Shown here: piece after piece, positions 1-8,339 of the stretch
Layout of the letters: each line of letters opens with the position of its first letter
Position numbering within the stretch: position 1 is the first letter of the stretch
DNA from: a virus
IMG/VR virus record: IMGVR_UViG_3300044825_000698
Span: 1-64,000 of that record
Length of the DNA stretch: 64,000 bases
Strand: one strand, 5' to 3'
The notes under the pieces: model-generated
Databases searched by the model: none
What the model saw: the letters and a program-made list of their open reading frames with translations, nothing else
What the model was told of the DNA's origin: nothing
Position numbers and translations under genes: made by a program

Positions 1-6
1 AGAACC

Positions 7-228
7 TCAGACCTGAGCACCGGAACCAGCCTCAACGAGAGATTCCTCACGAACCTTATTCACGGTGTACATAACGAGTGACTCCAGTTCTTTGTAGAGC
101 CACTCAGCGGCCTTCTTCTTACCCTTGTCGTCGTCGATAGCAAATGTCGACCACAGGGTGGTTCGCTTCTCGCCTAACCATCCGACGATGGTCTCGACCT
201 GGACGCTGATGCTTTCTTTGTCTTCCAC
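7..228 (-). CDS. hypothetical protein
   Basis: 73-aa ORF with AGGAG-type RBS, co-oriented with operon. Confidence 0.6.
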   Translation of the reverse strand: MEDKESISVQVETIVGWLGEKRTTLWSTFAIDDDKGKKKAAEWLYKELESLVMYTVNKVREESLVEAGSGAQV

Positions 229-237
229 TACTTCTCC

Positions 238-1680
238 TTATTCTAAATCGATGATGTCTTGAATAAATCGATCAGTTTGGTTGGAGTCCATACCGCCGTT
301 AGGTAACTGGCGTGAAACTTCCCCAGCCTTCTGCCCGAATAGACGAGATAATACACCTGCGCTACCCCGAGCCTCAACCTCTATCCGCATCATGTCTCGA
401 CTGTCTGAGATGTTCTTGAACTTATCCACGAGAGAGAACAGTCGGTCCATCTCTGCCGAAAGCGCCGGGTCGAGACCCTGACCTTCTAGTTCCTCAGCGA
501 ACCGGGCGAACAGAACACGGCTCGCCTGCATTTCGATGAGGGCCGTCATCATGGCCTGTAACTGATCTTTCGTACGTACTTCTACTGGCAACTTGTAGCC
601 ACATTCTGAATGTTCCTGAAATGCAGGACACCTAGAGGCTAGATAGCAACTATCGCACTGTCGAATCGTGTTCGCTTGGTAGCGAATAATGGTGGTCTCT
701 TCAGGGTTTACTTCGATGGCTTCACCCTGGTCAGACATCGTTTTTGAACCGACGGACACGATACGGTCAAGACCCATAACCGGTAGCAATAACCGCTCAT
801 CCTCGTGCCGTCTTTTTAGGGGTGCGATATCAATACTTGACCCCTTTGGTTCCGTAAGAACCCCACTTTGTGTTTCGGGGGTGATAGCAACTATCTCCCC
901 CTCTTCCGAGGCTCCGAACTCGGACTCGTCGTCGCCCTCCGAGGGGTCATAGGCCCTAAATGTGGATGCTTCCCACTCCTTCCACGACAGGATGGCGAGG
1001 GTTCCAACTGCGCTTACATCGTCCTCCATGACGGCATCGAAATCGACGCCAAGGCGCACGATGTCTGAGCGGTGCTTCTTACGGGACGACTCCTTCTGCT
1101 GGGCCGGGTAACGGCGTAGACCGTGGCCATCCCATACCTGAGTCTCACCGTAACGGATGGCGCTAGTCCACGACCCGACGACGACAGCCTCCCAAGGCAG
1201 AGCCTCGATGACTTCGGGCTTGCTGGTGATTCCGTACAACTTGGTGTCCCAGCGACTGGACAGAGACCTGATACGCGGCAGGGTTTTCGCCGTGATGGCT
1301 TTGTCAGATATCGCTACCCGTCCGTAACGCTGGCATAGCCACGCTAACCGCTCTAAGTCCTCCCCGTCAGACCATGCCGGAATGTGCTTCGAGCCAAGCC
1401 ATTCGCCATCGAAGTCCGGGCGACCGATTACGTAAGTCAAGTCCTCGGCGTGTGTACGAACGAAATCGGCATAACGGTTGATGTCCTCGTCGCCTTCGGA
1501 GGTGTAGACCAGGATCTCCGATCCATTGAACACGGTCGGCACATGGAACTCTTTGGTCTTAGGGATGGCTAAGTGCGTGATATTGACCGCTATGCGACTT
1601 ACAGCGTTATTGAGGAGCAGACTTCGGTGCGAACCTTTTTCCCCGCCAGCCAGAAACACCTTCATATCTCGTCCCTCCAC
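238..1680 (-). CDS. degenerate TGT/DpdA-like TIM-barrel protein fused to a Cys-rich Zn-binding motif and helical C-terminal domain
   Basis: N-terminal MKVFLAG, IPAW, LAWLCQRYGRVAI, KLYGIT, PWEAVVVGSWTSAIRYG follow the order of motifs in phage tRNA-guanine-transglycosylase-like proteins; CDSCYLASRC..C cluster. Confidence 0.4.
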   Translation of the reverse strand: MEGRDMKVFLAGGEKGSHRSLLLNNAVSRIAVNITHLAIPKTKEFHVPTVFNGSEILVYTSEGDEDINRYADFVRTHAEDLTYVIGRPDFDGEWLGSKHIPAWSDGEDLERLAWLCQRYGRVAISDKAITAKTLPRIRSLSSRWDTKLYGITSKPEVIEALPWEAVVVGSWTSAIRYGETQVWDGHGLRRYPAQQKESSRKKHRSDIVRLGVDFDAVMEDDVSAVGTLAILSWKEWEASTFRAYDPSEGDDESEFGASEEGEIVAITPETQSGVLTEPKGSSIDIAPLKRRHEDERLLLPVMGLDRIVSVGSKTMSDQGEAIEVNPEETTIIRYQANTIRQCDSCYLASRCPAFQEHSECGYKLPVEVRTKDQLQAMMTALIEMQASRVLFARFAEELEGQGLDPALSAEMDRLFSLVDKFKNISDSRDMMRIEVEARGSAGVLSRLFGQKAGEVSRQLPNGGMDSNQTDRFIQDIIDLE

Positions 1681-2138
1681 GCCTTAGTAGCACGGATAAG
1701 GTGCTGGCGGTTTACTTCTTCTACGAGAGTATCCCAGGGTTTCAGGGCCTTGTCCCCTGCCCATTCGGGACGGATAATGTAAGGAGTAGCCACTAACAGA
1801 GTGGGTATGCCCAACTTCAGGGTCTGGGCACACACCTCTGGGTCGTTGTCGACATACCACTTGGCTTTACCGAATACAGCGGAGACACGGTGGATACGTT
1901 CAGCCTGGAGAGTCGGTTTATCTTCACCAATGAACTCGTAGAACGAGGGCTTGAACCCTTCTCGTTTGAGCCACTCTTCAAGAAGTTCCTTGTCGTAATC
2001 TTCGTTAACGACTAAGCAGATACGGCCATAGTTGGCTTCGTGAAACATCGACCAGATACTGCGACCATCCGAGTCGGGCTGTCGTAACGGCAACGACTCC
2101 GCTGGCCTGGCCAAGACGGAGAAGTTGAAGATGATCAC
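1662..2138 (-). CDS. hypothetical protein, HAD-fold-like (catalytic Asp apparently absent)
   Basis: IIFNFSVLA in place of DxDGVL; YVDNDP..C...LKLGIPTLL resembles HAD motif IV region. Confidence 0.4.
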   Translation of the reverse strand: MIIFNFSVLARPAESLPLRQPDSDGRSIWSMFHEANYGRICLVVNEDYDKELLEEWLKREGFKPSFYEFIGEDKPTLQAERIHRVSAVFGKAKWYVDNDPEVCAQTLKLGIPTLLVATPYIIRPEWAGDKALKPWDTLVEEVNRQHLIRATKAWRDEI

Positions 2139-2593
2139 GGGTTGTACATTCCCTTTGCCTTACGCACCTTATGGATAACGTACGCCGAGGCTGGGCAGTA
2201 GTGGCAGAGGTACTGACGGTTCTCTTTCGGGACGCCGATAGTGCGACCAATGGCCTTAGAGGAGTCCTCATAGTCAGGGCACATTCCTGATGGGCGGTTA
2301 TGACGGTTGAAGCACTTCAGGGCCTCGACCTTCATGTCGTCACGAATCTCACGGACTTCCCATTCGTTCTTGGCGAGTTCTTCTTTGATCTTGGTCTCGT
2401 CGCCAAGTTTCTCCCAGGTCTTCTCATCACAACGGATGATGATCGAGCGGTGGGCTTCCGGGTTCGGGTCCTGGGCCTGGCCGAGATGCCGCTTGATAAT
2501 CTCGATCAGTTCCATGTCATAGTCGGCTGGCCCGTCGTAATCCCGAAGTCGGTACATGACTTGGCAAGACTGGCAGGTAAGCAGACGGGGCAT
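2135..2593 (-). CDS. hypothetical protein with Cys/His metal-binding motifs
   Basis: CQSC, CFNRH..C, LCHYC. Confidence 0.6.
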   Translation of the reverse strand: MPRLLTCQSCQVMYRLRDYDGPADYDMELIEIIKRHLGQAQDPNPEAHRSIIIRCDEKTWEKLGDETKIKEELAKNEWEVREIRDDMKVEALKCFNRHNRPSGMCPDYEDSSKAIGRTIGVPKENRQYLCHYCPASAYVIHKVRKAKGMYNP

Positions 2594-2642
2594 GGTGAAC
2601 TCCTAGGGGTCGTATTGTGGTCAGAAGGGTTATAGAACCCTA

Positions 2643-2852
2643 TCAGGCGTAGCCGAAGCCGTCTTCCTCAGGATCACCGATCCCATAGTTTACATCCGTC
2701 ACGTTGTACTGACGCTGAAGCATAGCGGCCCGGTCGATAACGGCCTTGGTTTCAACTTCTCCACCACGGCCAGGGGTAACGGACTTGATAAGACCGTCGT
2801 TAACCCCCATTTGAAGGTCACGGTTCATTGAACGGGTTTCGTTTACAGCCAT
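2643..2852 (-). CDS. hypothetical protein
   Basis: 69-aa ORF with RBS. Confidence 0.6.
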   Translation of the reverse strand: MAVNETRSMNRDLQMGVNDGLIKSVTPGRGGEVETKAVIDRAAMLQRQYNVTDVNYGIGDPEEDGFGYA

Positions 2853-2869
2853 AGTTATATCCTATCAGA

Positions 2870-3970
2870 TTAGGCGTTCTTCTTACGGGTACGTTTGGGT
2901 GGAGTTACGCCCTCAGCGGATAAACGCTCCTCCTGTCCACCAACACTTGAGGTGGGGGGTGTAATCGGAACGGTGCCTATGGAACCTGGGCGTGGCTCTG
3001 GCGTTGGTTGTTCAAACGGGACATTTTGAGGCATCGACGCTGACCTACCAGAGGCTACGGAACCTGGCAAGTTCCGGTTACGGGGGGCATTACCACGAGC
3101 AAGTTCTCGTTCGGCTTGAAGTTGGCGAGCACGTGCTCTCCGTTCAGCACTAGTGGGCATACCAACTTCTGGCTCGCTGGGGGCCGTGGCTCGTGCTTCT
3201 CGTTCCTGGGCACGCTCCTGTTGGTATGTACGGCTACCGAGCGTTACATCAGGAGTTGGTTGACCTGGCTCACCTAGTTCCCACTCGGCAATGCGCTGAG
3301 CCTGTTCTTCACGCCAGTTGGATGTGGCCAGTGGGCTTGGGGTAGGGCCGGTGGGGGGTGTGGTTACCCACGATGGTTGCTGTGCCGCTGGGGTCGGGCT
3401 TGGCAACGGTGGAGCCTCTCCTGGTTGAGGAGGCAACGGTACGTTTTGTGGTAGCCCCATGTTAAGGCTTTGTGGGGGTTGAGGAGCATTGCGCTGACGC
3501 CAGCGTTGAGCAAGGCGTCCTGCCGGGGTAGACGGTGGGGCAGGAACTCCTGACGGTGGGGTGGTTCGGGAACGGGGTGCCCGTTGACCTTCCCCTTGTC
3601 CACGAGACTGGGTCATGGCAGATACTGCTGGGACAACAACTGAGCCGAGACGATTCCATTCACCACGATCAATGGACTGAGCACCGTAGTTGCGACCACC
3701 GAATGAAAGATTACGGGGGTTAGCGAGCATATTGACTGGGGTGGCTTGTGCTCGTGGGGCTTGCCCAACCGGTGCGTTTACTGCGAGTCCCCGGACACCG
3801 CTACGGGTGGACGTTACTGGATTGGACTGGATGCCACGGACACCCTGACGACCAGCGGCGAACTGGTTGTCGGTATCCCAATACAGACCAATGCCCTGAA
3901 CTTCGGCCCACATACGCCATGGGTCTTTGGGAGTAAACGACCTTTCGTCATATGAACCTTCAATGGCCAT
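2870..3970 (-). CDS. Pro/Gln/Arg-rich, probably disordered protein
   Basis: 366-aa low-complexity ORF, overlapping stop/start with upstream gene. Confidence 0.6.
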   Translation of the reverse strand: MAIEGSYDERSFTPKDPWRMWAEVQGIGLYWDTDNQFAAGRQGVRGIQSNPVTSTRSGVRGLAVNAPVGQAPRAQATPVNMLANPRNLSFGGRNYGAQSIDRGEWNRLGSVVVPAVSAMTQSRGQGEGQRAPRSRTTPPSGVPAPPSTPAGRLAQRWRQRNAPQPPQSLNMGLPQNVPLPPQPGEAPPLPSPTPAAQQPSWVTTPPTGPTPSPLATSNWREEQAQRIAEWELGEPGQPTPDVTLGSRTYQQERAQEREARATAPSEPEVGMPTSAERRARARQLQAERELARGNAPRNRNLPGSVASGRSASMPQNVPFEQPTPEPRPGSIGTVPITPPTSSVGGQEERLSAEGVTPPKRTRKKNA

Positions 3971-4269
3971 CAGTTACCGCTCCACATACTGTCCATCGAG
4001 TACCGGGACGAACCGGTGAACGAGGTGTCTTCGTTAGATGTACGCATAACACTGATACCTGATACCCACGAACGGTAAGTCGCTGAGTACCGGCTGGTGT
4101 TGAGGGCATCAAACACAGTTGGTTCTTGTTTGGTGATTCCTCGTGTCTGGGGGAATAGAACCTGTGGCACGGCAGGACGAATCGACCGAATCGTCTCTGG
4201 GTCGCTTATCGCTGACTCAAGAGCCTGATCGGTGAGCATCTCCTGTCGAGTTTGCCACGGACGCGCCAT
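3970..4269 (-). CDS. hypothetical protein
   Basis: 99-aa ORF coupled by TAATG/TGATG overlaps. Confidence 0.6.
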   Translation of the reverse strand: MARPWQTRQEMLTDQALESAISDPETIRSIRPAVPQVLFPQTRGITKQEPTVFDALNTSRYSATYRSWVSGISVMRTSNEDTSFTGSSRYSMDSMWSGN

Positions 4270-4448
4270 TACTTCTTCCGTTTCTTTGCTTCGCCTTTGG
4301 CGATAGCGGCGTTAGCAATGCGAACTGCTTTGCCTTCGTCTTTACTAGATTTTAGCACTGCATTAGCCGTCTTAGCCCATTGCTTCTTCTCAGAAGGGGT
4401 ATCGGCCTTCTTGGTGTGCTTGCTTGCGTCTTTCGATTTCCAGGGCAT
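4269..4448 (-). CDS. small basic ChaB-like protein (not in ORF track)
   Basis: hand translation MPWKSKDASKHTKKADTPSEKKQWAKTANAVLKSSKDEGKAVRIANAAIAKGEAKKRKK; GGAG RBS; fills gap between neighbours. Confidence 0.6.
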   Translation of the reverse strand: MPWKSKDASKHTKKADTPSEKKQWAKTANAVLKSSKDEGKAVRIANAAIAKGEAKKRKK

Positions 4449-4450
4449 TG

Positions 4451-4948
4451 TTATCTCCAGGGTGGGGCCATCATCTTCAGACGACTGGCACGCTCGGGAT
4501 TGATAGTTTGTACTTCAGGGCGGTCGAGGCCAGACGGGACACCACGAGGCCCGGACTTACCGTCGTTGATAAGGCGAGGGTTCTCGGCTCCAACTGGAGC
4601 GTACTTCTTACCTTTGGCCTGGTTAGCCAGACCCGTCATCAGGTTGAACTCCTGGGGCCACAGGTAGTCCCCAGTGTTGATGCGCTCACCTTTGTGTACG
4701 CCACGAGAGTAAGACCGGGTGTTGGTGCGTAACGATGACTGACCCAACTTGTCCTGACGGCGGTTGGAGTACAGAGTGCCCAAGTAGCCATCGGGATACT
4801 GAGTATCAGGTGAATTGCCCCAGGCGGCTAGGTTCGCATCCTTGGCATTACGGAATACCGGCGCTGGCCCCAACAGAGGCTGTGTTTCTCCACCTTGTGG
4901 GTCGTAACCCCCACTCCAGTCGGAGAATGTCTGTTGGTTAGCAGGCAT
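4451..4948 (-). CDS. hypothetical protein
   Basis: 165-aa ORF in operon. Confidence 0.6.
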   Translation of the reverse strand: MPANQQTFSDWSGGYDPQGGETQPLLGPAPVFRNAKDANLAAWGNSPDTQYPDGYLGTLYSNRRQDKLGQSSLRTNTRSYSRGVHKGERINTGDYLWPQEFNLMTGLANQAKGKKYAPVGAENPRLINDGKSGPRGVPSGLDRPEVQTINPERASRLKMMAPPWR

Positions 4949-4957
4949 CAGTAAGGC

Positions 4958-5449
4958 TTACTTTATTAGTCCTAGACCCTTAGAGAGACGCCTAGAGACA
5001 TCCCGTTCACCTGGGCCAACTGTACCCACCATGTCTTTCTTACCGGATTTAGGTGCTTTAGGTTCTTTAGGTCGACCTGTCTTGAGATCACGACCTTCAG
5101 CAATACGGTTTTTCATTGCCTCAGCGGCGATCATGGCACGCATAGGGGTACTAGCAGTACCGGTAGTTGTGCGAACATTTGTATTGAATCCACGGGCAAC
5201 ACTTGACCGCTTTTCGCGTCCAAGGTCTACCTCACCGGATGTCGGGTCACTTACGTCGTCGTGTGTTTGCCAAGTATAATGACCTTTAGGTTCGCCATAA
5301 GAGTCAGTACCACTAACGACTGCACCGGCAAGCCCGCTAGTTGGAGTCCGTCCCTTTACATACGTGTCATATGGGTCGGAGCGCCAACCCAATTCCTGGG
5401 CGGTGCGCTTACCTGCGTGAAGTTCACGTCCACGATGATCTGATGCCAT
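4958..5449 (-). CDS. hypothetical basic protein
   Basis: 163-aa ORF with AGGAG RBS. Confidence 0.6.
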   Translation of the reverse strand: MASDHRGRELHAGKRTAQELGWRSDPYDTYVKGRTPTSGLAGAVVSGTDSYGEPKGHYTWQTHDDVSDPTSGEVDLGREKRSSVARGFNTNVRTTTGTASTPMRAMIAAEAMKNRIAEGRDLKTGRPKEPKAPKSGKKDMVGTVGPGERDVSRRLSKGLGLIK

Positions 5450-5457
5450 GGCTACTC

Positions 5458-5583
5458 CTAACGTCCTAAGCCGTTACCTGGTCCTGTAAGAAGACCGCCC
5501 TGAAGTCCACCTCCGGTGAGGGGAACGGGACGGGGCTTCTTTTTCTTCTTAGAAGTCGCCTTTGGTTTCGGTTTCTTAGTCAT
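5458..5583 (-). CDS. small Lys-rich peptide (not in ORF track)
   Basis: MTKKPKPKATSKKKKKPRPVPLTGGGLQGGLLTGPGNGLGR. Confidence 0.45.
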   Translation of the reverse strand: MTKKPKPKATSKKKKKPRPVPLTGGGLQGGLLTGPGNGLGR

Positions 5584-5725
5584 AGAAGTAGTCCGAGGAG
5601 TGAGAGCGTTGCTTGCTTCGTTTGCTATCTCGTGCCTCGTACTTGTTGTACTTCTTGTTGTAATTGAACTCAGCGAGGTCCTCTTTAAAGTCCTCGTTTT
5701 CGTAACTTTTATGCTTCTTAGACAT
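5576..5725 (-). CDS. small hypothetical protein (not in ORF track)
   Basis: MSKKHKSYENEDFKEDLAEFNYNKKYNKYEARDSKRSKQRSHSSDYFYD. Confidence 0.45.
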   Translation of the reverse strand: MSKKHKSYENEDFKEDLAEFNYNKKYNKYEARDSKRSKQRSHSSDYFYD

Positions 5726-5755
5726 AGGCGTTTCTATGACAAGTTTACCATAATG

Positions 5756-6037
5756 CTAACGAATGACGGGCTTGAAGGAGATGGCTGAAATGGTGTCGCC
5801 ATTCTCTCCTGGGATGTCATCGAAACCGATGATGAAGCAAAGGTCGATACCCCGTGGGGCCACGAATCCTCGGGCAATAGCGCAGGCTTTCACGGCCTGG
5901 TTCACGGCGCTGGCACCGATGGCACGCATCTTGGGCGACTGCCCAGCAACTACGCCACGAGCAACAATAGATCCTACACTCTGTGGGCTACTGCTACCTG
6001 ATACTTTGATTATGTCGTCAGCCGACTCTTGGGACAT
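5756..6037 (-). CDS. spoVS: stage V sporulation protein S family (Alba-like fold)
   Basis: IKVS..SSPQSV...RAIGASAVNQAVKACAIARGFVAPRGIDL closely matches the SpoVS signature AIGAGALNQAVKAVAIARGFVAP.G.DL. Confidence 0.9.
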   Translation of the reverse strand: MSQESADDIIKVSGSSSPQSVGSIVARGVVAGQSPKMRAIGASAVNQAVKACAIARGFVAPRGIDLCFIIGFDDIPGENGDTISAISFKPVIR

Positions 6038-6073
6038 GGTTGTACTCCTAGTGTTCCTGGTTCTCAGGTCAGT

Positions 6074-6436
6074 TTAGGAGTAGTCAGCCTCTCCTAGGAG
6101 TTCAACAAAGTCAGAAAGACGCATAACAACGTAGGAATCACCTACGGCTTTTTCTCCCTTACCAGCCCGCTTAACAACTAGGGCAGGTACAGCGTCATTC
6201 GCTCGGGCCGCCTGTTCGACCGTGTCGTCGAGCCATCCGCTTAGGTCATACTTCTTATGATTCTTACACTGGAGAATGGCCTTATGACCATCGGGGCGTT
6301 CGATTCCGTGGATGTCACCGGCGTCATCGCCGCCGGTGAGTGCCGTGCGGTGCGCTTTCTTGAATCCCTTATCGTTTAAATAGTTCTTTATCAGGGTCTC
6401 AAATGAGGTTCCCTTAGCCTTACTCCGATTTGCCAT
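6074..6436 (-). CDS. Holliday junction resolvase-like PD-(D/E)xK nuclease
   Basis: SKAKGTSFE, GDI, QCKN motifs typical of Hjc-type phage resolvases. Confidence 0.75.
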   Translation of the reverse strand: MANRSKAKGTSFETLIKNYLNDKGFKKAHRTALTGGDDAGDIHGIERPDGHKAILQCKNHKKYDLSGWLDDTVEQAARANDAVPALVVKRAGKGEKAVGDSYVVMRLSDFVELLGEADYS

Positions 6437-6593
6437 GTAACGGTCCTACGTATGGTTCCCAAATGATCTGGGGGCGTTTTCCGCATAGTTTACAGAACCC
6501 GCCTTGCCCGGGTGGAACGACGGGCCAGTCCCGACAACAACGTCCGATGATCAGATCCTCAAAGACGTGTAGTTCAGGCTTGTCAGTACTCAT
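6420..6593 (-). CDS. small Cys-containing hypothetical protein (not in ORF track)
   Basis: MSTDKPELHVFEDLIIGRCCRDWPVVPPGQGGFCKLCGKRP... Confidence 0.45.
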   Translation of the reverse strand: MSTDKPELHVFEDLIIGRCCRDWPVVPPGQGGFCKLCGKRPQIIWEPYVGPLHGKSE

Positions 6594-6915
6594 TGACTGC
6601 CCTGTCGATCGCTTTATACAGGGTGGGCCACTCTTTCTTCATACTGCGCTTGATGTGTTCGTGGTACGCAGGAACGGGTCCCTGAACTGTGAACGCCTTG
6701 ATGATGGGGTCTAACAACCCCTTGAGACGCTCTACCTCATCCTCGTAGGTAGAGTTGTCCTCAACAAGGCCTGCGTAGCCTGCCTGATATCCAATCAGGC
6801 GCCTAATCTCAGCCGATGCCCGACATTGGAGGCATTCTCCGCAGTAATACGCCCCCATGACAGCACAATTGGCGTCAAGTTCGGCTATCAGATGGAGGGT
6901 TGAGTCGTCAGCCAC
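6583..6915 (-). CDS. cassette-array hypothetical protein
   Basis: probable GTG start in CCGTGGCTGA junction; CGECLQC; AEIRRL and EVERL motifs. Confidence 0.55.
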   Translation of the reverse strand: MADDSTLHLIAELDANCAVMGAYYCGECLQCRASAEIRRLIGYQAGYAGLVEDNSTYEDEVERLKGLLDPIIKAFTVQGPVPAYHEHIKRSMKKEWPTLYKAIDRAVNEY

Positions 6916-7069
6916 GGCTTTGCTCCAAGTCTGAAACACGGTCTTCCAGTTCCGAGATACGTTGCCGCAATTTGTCTACCTCCGCTACCGAGTCTCGTAG
7001 CCGTTCAATCTCCGCTTCTAGAACACCGTTCTCTTCAATAAGGTCGTCAATAATTTTATTATTGTCCAC
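6908..7069 (-). CDS. cassette-array coiled-coil mini-protein (not in ORF track)
   Basis: VDNNKIIDDLIEENGVLEAEIERLRDSVAEVDKLRQRISELEDRVSDLEQSRG. Confidence 0.55.
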   Translation of the reverse strand: MDNNKIIDDLIEENGVLEAEIERLRDSVAEVDKLRQRISELEDRVSDLEQSRG

Positions 7070-7265
7070 CGCGCAACTCCGTCCATGCGTCTAGCGCATC
7101 GTCCCAATGTCCTGTGCGGATGCCTTGGGCGAGGGCATCACCTGCTTCTCGTAGCCATTCAATCTCCTTGACGGCATCACTGAGCAACATGGCTTGGTCA
7201 AGAACATGGGGGTGGATTGCGTATGGGATGCGCTCCCGTAGTCGGGTCACGATGTCGTCAGCCAC
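7059..7265 (-). CDS. cassette-array mini-protein (DDIVTRLR family)
   Basis: ADDIVTRLRE...EIEWLR; GTG start in junction motif. Confidence 0.6.
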   Translation of the reverse strand: MADDIVTRLRERIPYAIHPHVLDQAMLLSDAVKEIEWLREAGDALAQGIRTGHWDDALDAWTELRGGQ

Positions 7266-7326
7266 GGCGGGCCTTTTCTTGGTCAAAACAATGAGGCATG
7301 GGCGGTCGAAACGGTGAATCAGCCAC
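7258..7326 (-). CDS. 22-aa cassette-array peptide (possibly a remnant)
   Basis: bounded on both sides by CCGTGGCTGA junctions. Confidence 0.3.
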   Translation of the reverse strand: MADSPFRPPMPHCFDQEKARRG

Positions 7327-7393
7327 GGCGACCCCCAAAGTAAATAAACCAGGCAGTAATTATTCCAGCGATTACAGCAAAAGCGTTAGTCAT
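7319..7393 (-). CDS. 24-aa single-TM peptide
   Basis: MTNAFAVIAGIITAWFIYFGGRRG. Confidence 0.4.
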   Translation of the reverse strand: MTNAFAVIAGIITAWFIYFGGRRG

Positions 7394-7616
7394 GGTCGGC
7401 CTCGTTCAAGAACTGCTTCATCAGCGGTTCGGGATGCTGATTGCGATGGTGGTCGGTCGTTGAAAGTTCACCGCATGCCAACGCCAGAGCCACACGCAGT
7501 CGCTCAATCTCATCGGCGGCCAGGCACTTGACGCACCTGACCGACCAGGGTGAACCCGGGTCGCCACAGGCCAGGTGGTTTCCCTCCATGAGACGAGTCA
7601 CGATGTCGTAGGTCAT
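7386..7616 (-). CDS. cassette-array mini-protein (DIVTRL...AADEIERLR)
   Basis: motifs seen in translation; CVKC. Confidence 0.6.
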   Translation of the reverse strand: MTYDIVTRLMEGNHLACGDPGSPWSVRCVKCLAADEIERLRVALALACGELSTTDHHRNQHPEPLMKQFLNEADHD

Positions 7617-7855
7617 GATGGTTCTTCTTTCAATTTCTGCATTTGGCTTTCAGTAATGGTTGGGCTTGTCCCATAGGTATTGATGACCATTCCAACCGGA
7701 TGCAGGAACGTCCCTAGACGGGCAACTTCGGCTCGTAGCCGTTCAATCTCGTCGGCGGCTTCCCAGCAAAGCGACCCCACGCGCCCGGCCTCTTCTAGTC
7801 GGGTTATGAGGTCATCAGATTTCATATCTATTCCGTCAACGGAAGAGTTATGCAT
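7613..7855 (-). CDS. cassette-array mini-protein (DLITRL...AADEIERLR)
   Basis: motifs seen in translation; start uncertain (7825 or 7855). Confidence 0.55.
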   Translation of the reverse strand: MHNSSVDGIDMKSDDLITRLEEAGRVGSLCWEAADEIERLRAEVARLGTFLHPVGMVINTYGTSPTITESQMQKLKEEPS

Positions 7856-8339
7856 TGAATCGGCTTCCACGGTTCTCCTTGGAGTGGAGACCAATACGAC
7901 GGCTCAATTCACGGGACAACAACTGCGCCCCACGTTCACAACGGTCGAATACTGACTCGACCAACTTGCGATATGCCCGAGACTGCCGGTGAAGATCTTG
8001 CTGGGCGACAACACGAGAGTCGATGTCACGGCGGGCCTTAGCGATTGTAACCCTGTCTCCCTTGGCCTCAGCCCCCCATTGTTCGATAAGGACCTTGGCC
8101 TCCAGCACACGCAGGAAGTTGGCCTCACGTTCCTCAGCGATCTCGGCGGTAACCATCTCGGCCTTGGCGTAGGAAACCCAGGACATGAACTCGCTGTACA
8201 AGTCCATCAAATCATTGTCGTCCATGTCGTCCAGGTGCCTGGGCAGGTCGGGGACGCTTTCGGCTGGGCGTGCTGGCAGGCTGAACTTGTTGTTGAACTT
8301 GGCTAGAACCTGGTCTTCGTCGTTACGAATTACTCGCAC
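7848..8339 (-). CDS. helical protein, possible UvsY-like recombination mediator
   Basis: coiled-coil character and position in the RecA/Cas4-like cluster. Confidence 0.35.
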   Translation of the reverse strand: MRVIRNDEDQVLAKFNNKFSLPARPAESVPDLPRHLDDMDDNDLMDLYSEFMSWVSYAKAEMVTAEIAEEREANFLRVLEAKVLIEQWGAEAKGDRVTIAKARRDIDSRVVAQQDLHRQSRAYRKLVESVFDRCERGAQLLSRELSRRIGLHSKENRGSRFNA

